A stretch of 64,000 bases of DNA from NCBI GenBank assembly GCA_965645245.1, contig OZ287074.1, forward strand, positions 620,001-684,000. The letters are read 5' to 3'. Numbering within the stretch: position 1 is the stretch's first letter; the number at the start of each line of letters is the position of its first letter. The notes beneath the pieces were generated by a model. It did no database searches. It was given only the letters and a program-made list of their open reading frames with translations, and had not been told where the DNA came from. Shown here piece by piece: positions 37,370-50,166 of this stretch. Source of the stretch: Massalongia carnosa (Eukaryota). The translations under genes were made by a program, and so were the position numbers.

Positions 37370-37922
37370 GGAAATGACTGCCAGCTGCGCTTAGTCTTTG
37401 GAACTGGATAATACTTCAGGATAGCTAAGTTGAAAATGCGAGATGAACGACTATATCAGCTCATAATATGAAAGAGGTTACCAAGTAAAGCAAGTAGCTG
37501 AAATCACAGCGTTTGCACAGAAAGAGAAAGACAATTCAAGCTTAAGAGAGTCTATTATGAGTCAAAGTAGAGCGTGGCAACGCCACTATATGCGTAATCA
37601 ATTCTAGGAGGTCCTGAGGGCGGCCATGGGGCTGATAGATTCATTGCAGAGTTGAGGTTGTGAAGGGAATGCTGCAGACTGAATGTCAATATTTATTTTA
37701 CAGCTTACATGAAGATCCTCGTCTGTATGAGGAGGTTTATGTCTATTGTGTTCAAGAAGGCGAGATAAGTTATTATGTTCGATTCGATGTTGTGAACGAT
37801 GAAGTTACCGTGAAAAACGGAAAGAATATCTAGATGTCCCTCACATATCATATATCAATAACCACTTCAGCCAGCTATAAGTAGTTGGCCACCCCCCCCC
37901 AAATATCTCATTCACAGGCGAC

Positions 37923-39132
37923 ATGGAATTCCAATCCAACATCCGGACTCTATTTGCAACCTCAAAAGCCCAACGAAAGGCCGTGGAATTAAGTCTCGAA
38001 TCCAACAGCCCCCTCTACCAAGAAACCCTCCAAGCCAGCATCGCAACCCTTGACGAATGCCGCAGACTCTCCGATCGCCTCTCCCTCTTCAGCCCGAATG
38101 AGACAGAAGATGACATCTCCTCCAGCGACCTCGAGTGAGAGTGCCTTCCACCCCACTTCCCCGCTTGTTATGGGCCTAATGGAAGGGCCGCCGTATTAGA
38201 TACCTGTCGATAAACTACCACATAGCGGAGCTCCTCCTCAAAACAAGCGCCTCTGATCGCAGAAAAGCTCTGAAAGAAGCGCAAGACGCCTACGAGAAAT
38301 TCCTCGCCTTGCTGGACACCTACGGCATGCTCTCCGCCGCCGACCGAAAGCTGCACGAGCGCTATCTCGACAATCGAGACGAGTTCACCCTGATGTCAAG
38401 CTCCGACGTAGCAACGCGACGAGACACGAAAATCAAGCGGTTCAAGCAAGAATCGCAACTGAAGTCTAAACTCGAGGTACGACCTACACATCCCTATTTC
38501 CCACCCTCCCCTCCCCAACCAAAAAAGCTAATTCTTCCCCCTCTCCCCTATAGCACCTTTCCCATGACCCCTCCGCGCTAAAAAATGACGACGCTACACT
38601 CCGCGCCCTCCACCTCGCCGAGCTATCCCTACAAACCCACCACACCTTCCATGCGCTAGACCTCATAGCCCAAGAACTACAAATCCTCTCTCTCGCCCCC
38701 CCTTCCCCCCCCAACGACCCTTCTCCCCCGCTCGACCCCCGCCACCGCACGCCCTCCCGCCAAACCGACACCTACTCCCACCGCCTGGACCCTTCCCTCG
38801 CCCACCTCCTGCGCAACGCAAAGGCCGGCCCCATCCTCAGCAAATCGGGGAAACCGCTCCAGCCATTCACCCTCCTCGACTCGCGGCAACGGCTGCAAAA
38901 CGGCGTCTTCAGGCTCGACCATAGCCTGCCCACGATGACGATTGACGAGTATCTCGCGGAGGAGAAGCGCCGGGGGGGCGTCGTCGAGGGCGGGGGCGAG
39001 CAGGCCGGTGTGGCGGAGCCGGACGAGGATGATATCCGCCGGGCGGACGCGGAGACGATGAAGGCGAGAGAGTGGGACGAGTTTGTGGAGGCGAATCCAA
39101 AAGGAAGTGGGAATATACTGAATAGGGGGTGA
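37923..39132 (+). CDS. TAP42: PP2A-associated protein Tap42/alpha4 (3 exons)
   Basis: SLFSPNETEDDISSSDL, RRDTKIKRFKQE, GKPLQPFTLL, LPTMTIDEYL, KAREWDEFVEANPKGSGNILNRG*. Confidence 0.93.
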
Positions 39133-39515
39133 TTTTTTTCGTTGTGGGAGTTTGTCATAACGCATCCGGTGACAACAACGTAAGTAATAGAGGAACGACA
39201 ATGTTTAAGTATGACAGGTCTATATAGCGACGAAAAATCTATCTCCATCCCTTTTCTTCAGTTCCCCCAAAACACCGCCATCTCTACAACAAGAACTCAA
39301 GGGCTCCCCCTCAAGTTCCCTCCAATTCCCGAACTCGGCGGAGAGTTGCCGCTCCGACTCCCAGACAAAGTAGTTGCCTCCCTAGAGAATTCTATAATCT
39401 TTCGCGCCTCCCGCTGGACTCTATCATATCTCCCCTTCTCTTGTCCCTTCCACTTCCTCCTTCCGTTCTTCCCTTTTCCCCTCCCCACCACTTGGCTCTT
39501 CGCACCACCGCGTCC

Positions 39516-40648
39516 TCACCGATCCCTGCCCAGCCTCTCCAGCTCATCGTCCTCCAGCTCAAACGCAGGCCGGTGCCGCACCGGCCGCCCCGCCTCGTCC
39601 AAGACGCTTAGCGCCGGGTTCGGATGCGTGTCGGTAGTGCCGCCCAGGCTCGTGTAGCCTTGGTCGTAAAGCTCGCAGTAGGGGATGTCGAGATGTTTGA
39701 GGAACTGCGGTTTCTCGCGCGAGAGGGGACGGGAAGGGGTTAGCGAATGTATTTGTAGCACTTGGTGTGCTCACAGTGTTCTTCCGCTTTCGGCGCTTCG
39801 GCGGAAAACAGCAGCAGGAAAGGAGAGAGAGAGAACTCACAGCCCACACCTCCCCGTACCGCCATTCAATCACCGGATGCACCCGCATGAACCCAGGCCA
39901 ACCGCCATCTGTCCGTTGAAACGTACCCAATTTCCCCCCGTGCGGATCGGTCCGGCGCGTACCCACGAAGATAGCCTCGACGGCCGGGTTCGCGAGCAGG
40001 TAATCGGTGAAGGCATCGCGCATGGTGAGGTGCTTGTAGCGGGCTAGGGCGAGGTGGTAGTGCACGGAAGAGGTGACGACGAAATTTTCGACAGTGAGGA
40101 AGGGGTGTAGCGGGGGGATGTAGATGGCTGAGAGGAGGGAGGGAAGGGCGGGGTGGGTGGAGAGGAGGGAGAGGAGGAGGACGAGGAGGACAAGGCAGTC
40201 TTTTCCGCCGTTGTAGGAGAGGGAGAGGGCGCGGAGTCTGTGGAAACGGGAGTCAACACGGGTTTAGGAAAGGGAAAGAGGGAAGATAGGATGGGAGGGG
40301 CAGAGCGTACGGGTACTTATCGAGAGCTTCCTGGATGATTTGGAGGGAGATTCGGGTTTGCGCTTGCGCAGATTTCAGGCGCTCCGTCTTGACATCTTCG
40401 TGAAGGAAGGTGGTAATTTGCACATTAAGGCGGGTGCAGAGGGTGCGGAGAGGGGTCGCGTCTCCGTTCGCGAAGGAGCGCTGGGCCGTGTCGCCATTGG
40501 CGAGAGCATAGCATGTGGGTTCGCCGCGTGCAAGGATGGAATGAGAGGGATTAGTCGGGTTGTCGCAAGTTGTGATAGTGGTGGTGGTGGCGGTAGTGGA
40601 AGTTGAAGGGTAAGGCAGATGGCCGGGGACGGGAGCGGTCTGGGGCAT
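39516..40648 (-). CDS. FAD1: FAD synthetase (PAPS-reductase family), 3 exons
   Basis: SLSYNGGKDCLVLL, IFVGTRRTDPHG, TDGGWPGFMRVHPVIEW, YCELYDQGYTSLGGTTDTHPNP, ERLGR. Confidence 0.92.
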
Positions 40649-41053
40649 TGCGGAGAATGCGGGGAGTAGGGGGATTTTAATCCATTAGGCGGGGGATGAG
40701 AGTCGACAGCCTGACCACGAAGACTGAAGAAGTGGCAAGGCGCTGAATGGAGTTGAAAGGAAGAAAGTTAAACAAATACTCGGTGACCTGGGATGGTAAA
40801 GGCGCATATGCAGATCGAGACGATAAGATTAGGGCTTACAAGATCAGGCCTTCTCAGGGGAGGAGGCTAGTGCTGACCAGCCGTATTTACAACCAACCTT
40901 TGCGCGAGTCGAAACAGCGATTGCATGAGAGGGGGAAAACATATACCTGCTACTACAATAAAATCACTTCAAGACACACAAAGTTTATGGATAAGTATTG
41001 TGCTCAATACGTCGAGCTAATCACCCAATCTATCCGAACCGCACTGTTGCTGC

Positions 41054-43450
41054 TTAATTCAATAACCCAGCAGCCACAGCTTCCAAGCTTTCAAGAGTTT
41101 CCGGTTCTGCTTTCCTATTCCCGGGCCGCTTCATTCGTCTTAAAACCCTCTCCTCACCAGTATCATCCTCAAACCATTTCTTCGGGTGCTTTGCCTCCAG
41201 CTCAGGGGACTCATCGAGAGGATCCCCACCTCCATCATCTCCAGGTTCCTCGTAAGGAATCAGGACAGCCTGGATGCCTTGATCCTCCTCTTCCTCCTCG
41301 ATTTCTGCAGCCTCCCGGGCCTTCCTCTTCTCTCTCTTCTCCTTCTTCTTCTCCTTCGCGGTTTGCTTATCGACCAGATCAGCAGCTTGCAGTCTCTCCT
41401 GTTCTACCTCCAGGAACTTGGATTTTTGCACATCGGCCGTCCCGTGCTGTTTGAATTGGCTCTCATCTTCAAGCTCATAGATCTGGTGAGAGTTGCCTTC
41501 CTCATCAAAGACTAATTTGGTGCCTTTGCCTTTGAGCTTCAAAAGCCTTTTCTTGGATTTTAGAAGCTTCTCTCTGCGTTTCGAATCGATTATGATGGGT
41601 TCTTTTCCTATTCCGGGAATGATTTTCCTTATGCCCGAGTCTTGAGATAGTGCATGGAAATCGACATCATTTTCTGAACTTGCGTCATTATTGATTCGAT
41701 CCTTCACTGTAAGAAACTCGTTATCCTCATCTGCATCAACGGTGTTGTTGTACTCGTGACCTTTATTGCCGTCAACAAGCTTCGTGTAGTGATCCGCAAA
41801 AACATCTTGGTTCCTCCGCTCAAACATTCGATCGTATTTCGTTCTTGCCACAGACTTTCCGGCCTTGGATTGCTCCTCACCAAGCCCGGCTTCATCATCC
41901 TCGTCCTCGGACAAAGACACCGCAGCTCTAGGCGCATTCTTCAGAGTTTTCGCACTATCACCTTTCACAAACTTGATCTTGGGAGCGCCAGGGAGACCAA
42001 GACTGGCTGAAAATTCCTCTAACGGGAGTTCACTCAATTTGAAAATCTCCTTGTCCCTCTGTATATGAATTGACCGTATGTAAGATACGAAAGCTTTTTG
42101 CCCCAGATATTTCAGTTCAGGGTCCTTAAAGCACAGATTCTGCAATTGATGCTTGATACTCTGCTGCTTCTTTTGTCGAACATTGATACGCTCAATCGGC
42201 ACTTTTTGGTGCTTGAGTCGTGCCAGCATGCCGTCTTCTTCGCTAGGTTCCAAGAAAAGCACTGCTCGGCCATCACGTTCGTACCGCGCAGTCCTGCCTA
42301 CTCTATGTATATATGTATCGGCATCTTCCGGGCAATCCAGTTGAATCACCCAGTCTACAGCCGGAAAATCCAGACCGCGCGCAACGACATCAGTGGCAAA
42401 CAAGCAAGAGTTCTTTGTAGCAGAATACTTCGTCGTAATTTCCAGCCTCGCCGTTTGCTTTTGCCTTCCGTGCAGATGCAGAAGCGGTATGCCAGGTTGC
42501 AAATGCCGAAAGCTCTCATACACAAAGCGAACCTGCTTGCCCGAGGAGAGGAAAACGAGTATCTTGCATTTCAAGTTGGCTCTGATAAAACTCCACAACG
42601 TGTCTAGCTTTTCAGGCAAACGGGTGACTATATAATGCTGCTTCAGCGATGAAGGCGTTGCGCTACTGGCCGCCTCATGAACCGACACGTATTCCGGATT
42701 CCTCAAACTCAGTCTAGCTAGATCGGAGACCTTTTTGGTCTGTGTCGCGCTGAAGAGCAATGTCTGCCTCTGTTTTGGTAAATGCTCCACAATGGCATCC
42801 ACCGTGCCCTGAAAACCCATATCCAAAATCCGATCCGCCTCGTCAAGCACCAGCATCTGCAGATTGTCAATCTCCAACGCGGCAGTCTGATCCATATGCT
42901 GGAGTATTCTTCCAGGCGTACAAACAAGTATATTCATCCGGCCCAGCCGGTCCCTTTCTTCCTGTAAGCTCTTACCCCCAATGACCAACCCAGCTGAGAA
43001 AGTATGATACCGGCCTATCTTCCGCAGCACCTCGAAAATCTGAATTGCCAACTCCCGAGTTGGCGATAAGATCAGCGCTCCTAGTCCGTCTAGTTCCGCC
43101 CATTTTCTTCGATAGAGGTTTTCGAGAACCGGGACTAGAAAGGCGAGGGTCTTCCCGCTGCCGGTCTTGGCTGCGCCCAGGATATCAGAGCCTTTCAGCG
43201 CAAGGGGCACAGCTTGTTTTTGGATGTCGGTCAAGGACTTGAAGTGCGATGCTTCCAGCCCAGAGGCCGTAGGTTTCGACAAGGGCAATTCGGCAAACGA
43301 TTCGATCTTATCTTCCTTTGGGTTCAAGGCATGAACTCGTTGGTCAAGAGACCCCAACTCATCCTCGTCACGCTTTCTTTTGAGTGACAGAGGATGAGAG
43401 CTTGGGCTCGGTTTCGGAGGTCGCCTTAGTGCCGCCAATGATGGAGCCAT
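41054..43450 (-). CDS. DBP4: ATP-dependent DEAD-box RNA helicase Dbp4/DDX10
   Basis: [59 protein letters not shown]; first ATG at 43450. Confidence 0.93.
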   Translation of the reverse strand: MAPSLAALRRPPKPSPSSHPLSLKRKRDEDELGSLDQRVHALNPKEDKIESFAELPLSKPTASGLEASHFKSLTDIQKQAVPLALKGSDILGAAKTGSGKTLAFLVPVLENLYRRKWAELDGLGALILSPTRELAIQIFEVLRKIGRYHTFSAGLVIGGKSLQEERDRLGRMNILVCTPGRILQHMDQTAALEIDNLQMLVLDEADRILDMGFQGTVDAIVEHLPKQRQTLLFSATQTKKVSDLARLSLRNPEYVSVHEAASSATPSSLKQHYIVTRLPEKLDTLWSFIRANLKCKILVFLSSGKQVRFVYESFRHLQPGIPLLHLHGRQKQTARLEITTKYSATKNSCLFATDVVARGLDFPAVDWVIQLDCPEDADTYIHRVGRTARYERDGRAVLFLEPSEEDGMLARLKHQKVPIERINVRQKKQQSIKHQLQNLCFKDPELKYLGQKAFVSYIRSIHIQRDKEIFKLSELPLEEFSASLGLPGAPKIKFVKGDSAKTLKNAPRAAVSLSEDEDDEAGLGEEQSKAGKSVARTKYDRMFERRNQDVFADHYTKLVDGNKGHEYNNTVDADEDNEFLTVKDRINNDASSENDVDFHALSQDSGIRKIIPGIGKEPIIIDSKRREKLLKSKKRLLKLKGKGTKLVFDEEGNSHQIYELEDESQFKQHGTADVQKSKFLEVEQERLQAADLVDKQTAKEKKKEKREKRKAREAAEIEEEEEDQGIQAVLIPYEEPGDDGGGDPLDESPELEAKHPKKWFEDDTGEERVLRRMKRPGNRKAEPETLESLEAVAAGLLN

Positions 43451-43644
43451 TCTTTTTTCTCTTAAAAAAAATATGACCGAAGTTGAAAACTGAGTTCCAA
43501 AGCTGCACATATCGGGGAATCCGGGCCGAGCCTCATAAATCTAAGCCTTATTTGGGTCTATCATCCCTGATGTAGATCACAACTGCCTCAACCGTCAGGT
43601 CCAACCGTTATCGTTACACCATCTACATTCCTCCTGCAGGCAAG

Positions 43645-44530
43645 ATGGCTGTGCCCGAGAATGAAGACAAGAAAGAAGTAGATGAACTCGAAGCTCTCGA
43701 CGCCCTCGACAAGGAAGCCTCGGAATACAAAAAGGTCCGTGACCCCCTCCCCACCAAACCTCCCCGCAATTAACCATCAATGCCAGGACGCCGAAATCGA
43801 CCGTATACTCAAAGCCTTCCAACTCGATGCGTAAGCGCTAAATCTTCTTTAGTCATCTCCTCTCTATTAAACCCTCTCAAACCCTCTTCCCAATACATAT
43901 AAAAACATATACATCGCCCAAAACTTACCCCGCTCTCCTATCAGCTACGCGGTCCTCAACCTCCAACCCGGCGTTCCCGACCCCCAAATAAAAGCCCAAT
44001 ACCGCACGCTCTCCCTCCTCATCCACCCGGACAAATCCGCCAATCCCCTTGCCCCGAGCGCCTTCGACCGCTTGAAAAAAGCCCAAGTCGCGCTCCTGGA
44101 CCCCTCCTCTCGCACGCACCTGGACGAATGCATCGCCGACGCGCGCACGCTGCTGCTGCGAGAGCGCAAGCTCACCGTCGACGCGGCCGAGGCGAAACTG
44201 CTGTACGAAGAGGGCGAGATGAAGGAGGCGTGGCGGCGGAAGACGGTCGAGGTGCTGGTGGAGGGGGAGCAGCGGCGCCGGAAGCAGGTCAAGGCGCAGA
44301 TGCAGGAGGAAGGGAGGGAGATGCGGAGAGTGGAGGAGGAGGTCGAGGGGAGGAAGCGGAGGAGAGAGCACGAGGCTGCGTGGGAGGAGAGCAGGGAGGG
44401 GAGGATTGGAAGCTGGAGGGATTTTAAGGGGGGGAAGGCAGGCGGAGCGACGAAGTCGAGTGGGGGGGATGGCGCGAAGGCTAGCGGCGAAAACCCGAAG
44501 AAGAAGAAGAAGATCAAAGTCCTGGGCTGA
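43645..44530 (+). CDS. SPF31: J-domain protein Spf31/DNAJC8-like (3 exons)
   Basis: MAVPENEDK...EYKK|DAEIDRILKAFQLDA|YAVLNLQPG...LIHPDK; WEESREGRIGSWRDF; KKKKKIKVLG*. Confidence 0.85.
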
Positions 44531-45109
44531 AAATCCCGCTGGCCCTCTCACGACCCAATGATATCCTTTTTACCCCTGAACCGGGGAGGCGTGAAAACCT
44601 ACAACCTTTACGAGCAAGCATCACCCTAGAAACCTCTAAAAATTTTCACAGCCTCTTATGTTTTCCGAGCTACCCAAACCACCAACTCCCAGCCTCGTAC
44701 CCTGCATTGCCTTAATATTTCCCTCTACAGCGTTTCTATTTTATCAAAATTGCATTTACCCCCAAAAAAGAAAAAGGAAACGGGCATCGAAGCAAGGCCT
44801 GTGCATCGTACTAGTACATAGGTGCCTTTTTTCGTTCTCTTTCACAAAATGATTCATAAGGAGTTCGGATTCGTTATGGTTCGTTATATACTATAGACAT
44901 TAAATCTAAAAGAAGTACTCATTATAAAGCATGATGCTCAGCCACCCACCCTCTCGTTTACCTGGCGCCTCATCCAAGACCCCTTCAGGTTCTCCATTCT
45001 AAATAAACAAACAAAAAAAAAGCTAGCGTGGATGCTTGCTTGCTGCAGCGAGGGGAAAAGAAACCGGGATAGCAGGAACTCCCAAGTAATCCATCAACAC
45101 CGGTCAATA

Positions 45110-46846
45110 TCAACGAAGCATTTCTTCAATATCTACCCGTTGGCGCTTTTTCTTCCTGCCGCTTTGCGGGCTCCCCTTTGCGGGGCTTTGCTTGTTATGA
45201 TGATTTTCCCGGCGGCTCTCGTGAGAGGTTGAGGATTCGGTGATGCCGGTGCCGCTGGTACGAATGGGCGGTAGGTGGAGATGACTCGGATGTGCGCCGT
45301 CATGTTGACTTGGCCCACTTCGAGGAGCCTTCGGGCTCGACGGGGACCTGACGATGCTGTATGGTAGCACGGTTGTACTGGACGGAGAGCGCTGTTGGTA
45401 CTGCAATAGGCCTACGCTGGGAGATGGCTGCATCAACAGCTTCCGAGATTCAGGGCCATCAGACCTTTGAGGAGACAGCTGGGTAGTATAGACGGTATTT
45501 GCCTGTTGGTGACCGTTACCATAATGTGGCTGATGAGATTGCGACGGTGAACGGGGGCTTTGAGTAGAGGAAGGGGAGGGTAGTTGCTGGCTTCGAAGAG
45601 CTGGGTTGAGACGCGGTGAAGGGAGCATCATTGCACTCTGGACTAGTGTTAAAATAATGAAATTTGCACCCGTTCTAGCCAACGAAATTGTAATTGGAAA
45701 TCCTCTCGATTGCCCCTTGGGTAGGCGGAACGTCCAATATTCAGACCGACGATGAAATCCCATAGTCGTATGTCCAAGATCGAGATTTTCAATGGCAGGC
45801 ATACCGTCCGAGCCGTCGAATTTGCCATGCATAGGTGGTAGATGGGAAGTATCGATCAACTCGGCGCGCAAAGCAGCTTGCAATCTCTGGATTTTCTCTC
45901 GTTCCGCCGGAATAACGAGATCCGTAAAAGACTGCCCTTTCACCTGATAGGATAAGGAAAGTGCTTCCGCGAAGGCAGCGTTATGCTCGGCGACTACAAA
46001 ATCCGGTGTTAACAGCGCAGTGGGGGTGCTTTCAGCCAAATAGGATGCCGCAGGTGAAATTGGGAGCTGTGGTGTACCCGAAATGTGGGGTTGAATGGCG
46101 TATCCGGGGTCAGATGTTACGGGTCGTTGATCGCTATAGTAAGTGCCTGGCTGAGATCGTAATTCTCGATACGATTTTGAGGTCCGACGGTCAACCGGTG
46201 GAACTGGCAGTACACTGTTTCGGGTTGGGTAAACCTCCCTTAGAGGATACTCGCCGCCGAAGTCCACTTCTCGAGAGTTTTCCTCCTCCCGTAATCGAGG
46301 CCTCCCACGTTTCTTATGTTGCACATCGATGCAAGTCACCTAGAGTCTGTTAGAGAACAAAAACTGAACAATCCGTTATTTTCGGACGATACTTGCCTCC
46401 TTGCCAGTTTGAACACATCGATTACATGGACGTCTGGTTTCGCACGCCAAATGCTTCCGCTTGCAATTCACACATGCTGATGGCACGTGCGCTTTTGCTC
46501 TTCGTGCAACGCCTGAGGTTCCTGCTGCCAAATGGTGGTTTTCAGGTGAGTCCTGGGTCGTTGAAGAAAGTTCGTCATTTGATTCTTCCCGCAACAAATG
46601 TGCATCGCTGCCAGGCTGCAATGAACACCTTAGAGTATCGATGTCAGTGCTACTCGTCGGAGTACTCAATTCATGTTGTAGGTGCTGGGGCCTTGGCTTG
46701 GAGTTTGAGGCCTTTCGTGTTTGCGCGGCGGTAGTTTTGATAGACGTGGGCCGGCTAGGCTCTGGGGAAATAGAGTATTGACGATGGTATGATAGATGGT
46801 GCGAAGGCGAGTTGACAAATTTCGAATGTTTGGGAGACGCTGACAT
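45110..46846 (-). CDS. Zn2Cys6 binuclear-cluster transcription factor with AT-hook-like KRGRPR and a PAS-like segment
   Basis: ACVNCKRKHLACETRRPCNRCVQTGKE|VTCIDVQHKKRGRPRL via a 57-nt GC-AG intron (46396-46340); start could alternatively be 46999. Confidence 0.85.
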
Positions 46847-49800
46847 AGGCGGAGAGAGATACTTGCCCCGTGACGAACTATCTCGAGTCTCGGAAAGTGG
46901 TGGAAGATGAATTGACAATGCCTGACAATTTAATATGCACCTAGGGGATGGCACCAGCGTCTGGTGACCACTAAGTCTGGAGTCGTGTACAGGTTGCATT
47001 TGGGAGAATTGTTAATCTCTCAACCTTTACTTCAAACCCTTTTGGGCTGGACGTTGACTTGCTAGAGTTCTTCGTGCGAGACGTATCTTGCTGGGGCATA
47101 CCAAGACCGATCTTCCACGATCGATGATAACTTGAGAGAAATGTGGAGCTGAGAGTATTTTGTTTAAGAAGTTTTGCAGCAGACACGCGTACACCGACAA
47201 CTCATGTAGTTTAAGACTTCTCTGGTAGAATGCTTTATAAGGAAATTTCTGGAAACTCAACAACAAAAGCAAACTGGAAAGGTTTCGGCTGCTGCTAGGG
47301 CTCATGATATATCCCTAGCATTCTTCCCTGATGGCATCCATTGAAAGCTACGCCCGGCTAGATATAAAGTCGGGATCCTGGACCCCGCAATAGTCACTGT
47401 CAAAGCACAGGCAATTTAAAATCACCGTGAGCACAACCGGATCATCGATGAAAGTGGCATTAATGAACCAGAACCAATGCTGGTGGAGAAACGGAGTTTG
47501 CCGCAGCGCTTGAGAAGCTTCAGGGACAAAGGGTGGTTGGAATTTGGCGCAAGCAAAACCAGGTATTTGCGCTGTTTTCAAGAAAGTTGATGAGTGCAAA
47601 TGAGAGCATGCTGCCTATCATCTGCTCCAGCGAGCAGATCAACCTCCTCGAGCACAGCAGCTTAAGGCTGAAGCTTGTTTCATAAGGCGTATCGATATCC
47701 GACGCATTGGCTTCGGAAGATTTGTTGCTGGGCATGTCGAGGTCAAAGCCTTAACCTAGAGTCCCATGACTTGGGAATCAAGCAACACATGTCCTAGACT
47801 GAAAGATATTCTAACCGTGTACCCTAGGGACTTCACCCGCTCAGTTTTCAAAGACGGTTGATTAATCATATTTGTGAACAAATGGGTTACATGATAGAAA
47901 TCAAAAAGCCCATCCCTCGATTGCGACCAAGACTAAACAAAGTAGGAACTCACATGGGGCTGATACCCGATCAATACAATATGTCATTGTAGATACGCAC
48001 AAATGCCAGCAACATTGGCGTGCGACCCTCATCCCAAGGTGAGCGATTTGTGTATTTTTCAGTACCTGTTTGCAGTTTGGCCAATTGTCAAATATGCCCG
48101 TTCGGGACGAACAGGAAGCGTCAACTCTAATAACAAAAAACGGACAACAGCGCAACTCTCCACGAAAATGCCTTTACTCTATACACAACATGAAACGAAC
48201 CAATACTTTGCGCTGTAGAGTGGTCGCTAAGTTGGATCCAATTCATGACAAAAACAATATTGATGAGCGCGCTACAAGGCTGGTTCGACCCTTGGTGAAA
48301 CAGGCTGGCGCGGGAAAATTACATGGTGCGCATATTAAGCACTGCTGGTGAGCGGCGCTGGAACCTCGTATGGGCTTCATGTTGACACCTGAAGAATGTC
48401 GATGTGCTTCAGTACTAGGTAAAATAGATGACTGAGATTGTACTCTGTATACCTCACGACACCAAGAAGCCAAGAAGCCAGATAACCACGCAAGTATCTC
48501 TCGTCCTATCGGTGGGAAGTTCGGGATGAAATCGCCGGAGATTTGCTGGTTGGCGATGGTTTTTCGGCGCGTTTGTTCCCACTCAGGTGACACTGACTGT
48601 TTGACTTTCTCGTGATACTTTCTCCGTCTCGGTTGAACATTAGAGCCTCGTTGGAAAGTCAGATCTCTTCTTCGATCGGAGATTGCAGATTCTTTCCGCT
48701 TGACAAAAGAACAAACGCGCTGAGGAACTGAACGAAATCCCCCGCCTTTACTAGCGTGGGGTCCCGCATCTCCACTTGTATTTTAGAAGTCGGACTTGCT
48801 GCCGTTGGAGTCTATGGCCGGCAACAATGACGATGTTGCGCAATGAGGATTGGGGCATACCGAGGCGCTGCAGTGCGTGCTTGGAGGTACTCCGTACTTC
48901 TGTAGATGTGTGCTCCTCGCAGTTACACTCTGCAAATACGGCCCGCTGCAGTAGGCACGCGTTAATGCTACCCAGTACCGCTAACGTCGTCTCTTTATGT
49001 CGAAAGTGGCACCAAGGAGCGATATTACTCTGTCTCCTCTGTAGAGCACAAGTCGGTAACGTGATGTACTCTGTAACATGGAGATGATGCCATGCCTTAA
49101 TCGCTCCGCTGTTGTGACACTTGACCTTAAGCGTTCCTGAAGACACGCGTCGCATGATAGATAAGAGAGCGCTGGCCAAGGATTGATCAGAAAATCGCTT
49201 TGTAAGCCTTGGGAAAAGCACAAAGTCTGTGAGCCAGCAAGATGAGAGATTCTCTTCAACGGGTTGCATGGTTTCAGGTATGGAGCGCAAATACCAGGGG
49301 CAGAAGCGTTTGCGTTAGTGGCGATGAGATGGAGTTCAATGATAGGAAGGATACCAAAAATTAGGTATTGTGCCCCGGTGCAGAGAACGAACGATGGAGC
49401 AAGAAGATTGGGCCCGAAATAAATACCAAGTGCGTTTGAACAGGGTAGATGGTAGGTCAAGGCATAAGCACGAGGTCATGAATGAAGAACGAAGGATTAA
49501 GGGTGGCGGGAAGGAACAGTAAGTATCTAGAAGATCGACAGATCTGCATCATCCACCTTACGCCAACTCAATGGCAGTGGAGCATGCGCTCACGCTCACA
49601 CTCAAGGTTACGCTTGTGGCGTAAATTTAAGTCAGATCATCGCCATTGCCGTTCTTCGGATCATGGGCAGGTATGGGAAAGCCGTGAGATGAGGTCCGTG
49701 GTAGTTTCAGACTTCATAAGCACTACAGAGTACATTCTTTCTTACCTTCATCATATTGCTCAATCGGTTCATCACACCCCAACCACCTCCTACCCCTACT

Positions 49801-50166
49801 CTGTACATCCGTCCTCTTCTTTGCAATGCGCTGACGCAAGCGAGAGCCAACCGGCCAAATTATCAGGGTATTTTTTTTATGAAGGGGCAATAGTCTAGAA
49901 TGAACTCCTTTATTTGACCTCCCGCATCAGTGTGTGACAGCGTAAAACACTTCCTAGTAGTGAGCTATTGCCACCTCAAAGGTGCCGACATTGTAGCGGC
50001 CCTGGTGGACACCATATGACAAGCGACAACCCCCATGGAACGGCATGGTTGTTAGTGTCTATGAAAGATAATTCGGAGATGTGTCCGACCGTTCACTCGA
50101 AGTTAAGCTGAGGGATTGCATAAACGTTGACAATCTTCATGTCATATGATCCATTTACTTGGGTTG

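Noticed and set aside
48751..49898. Overlapping 100-180 aa ORFs
   Set aside because: No motifs, codon bias or splice-consistent structure; probably chance ORFs
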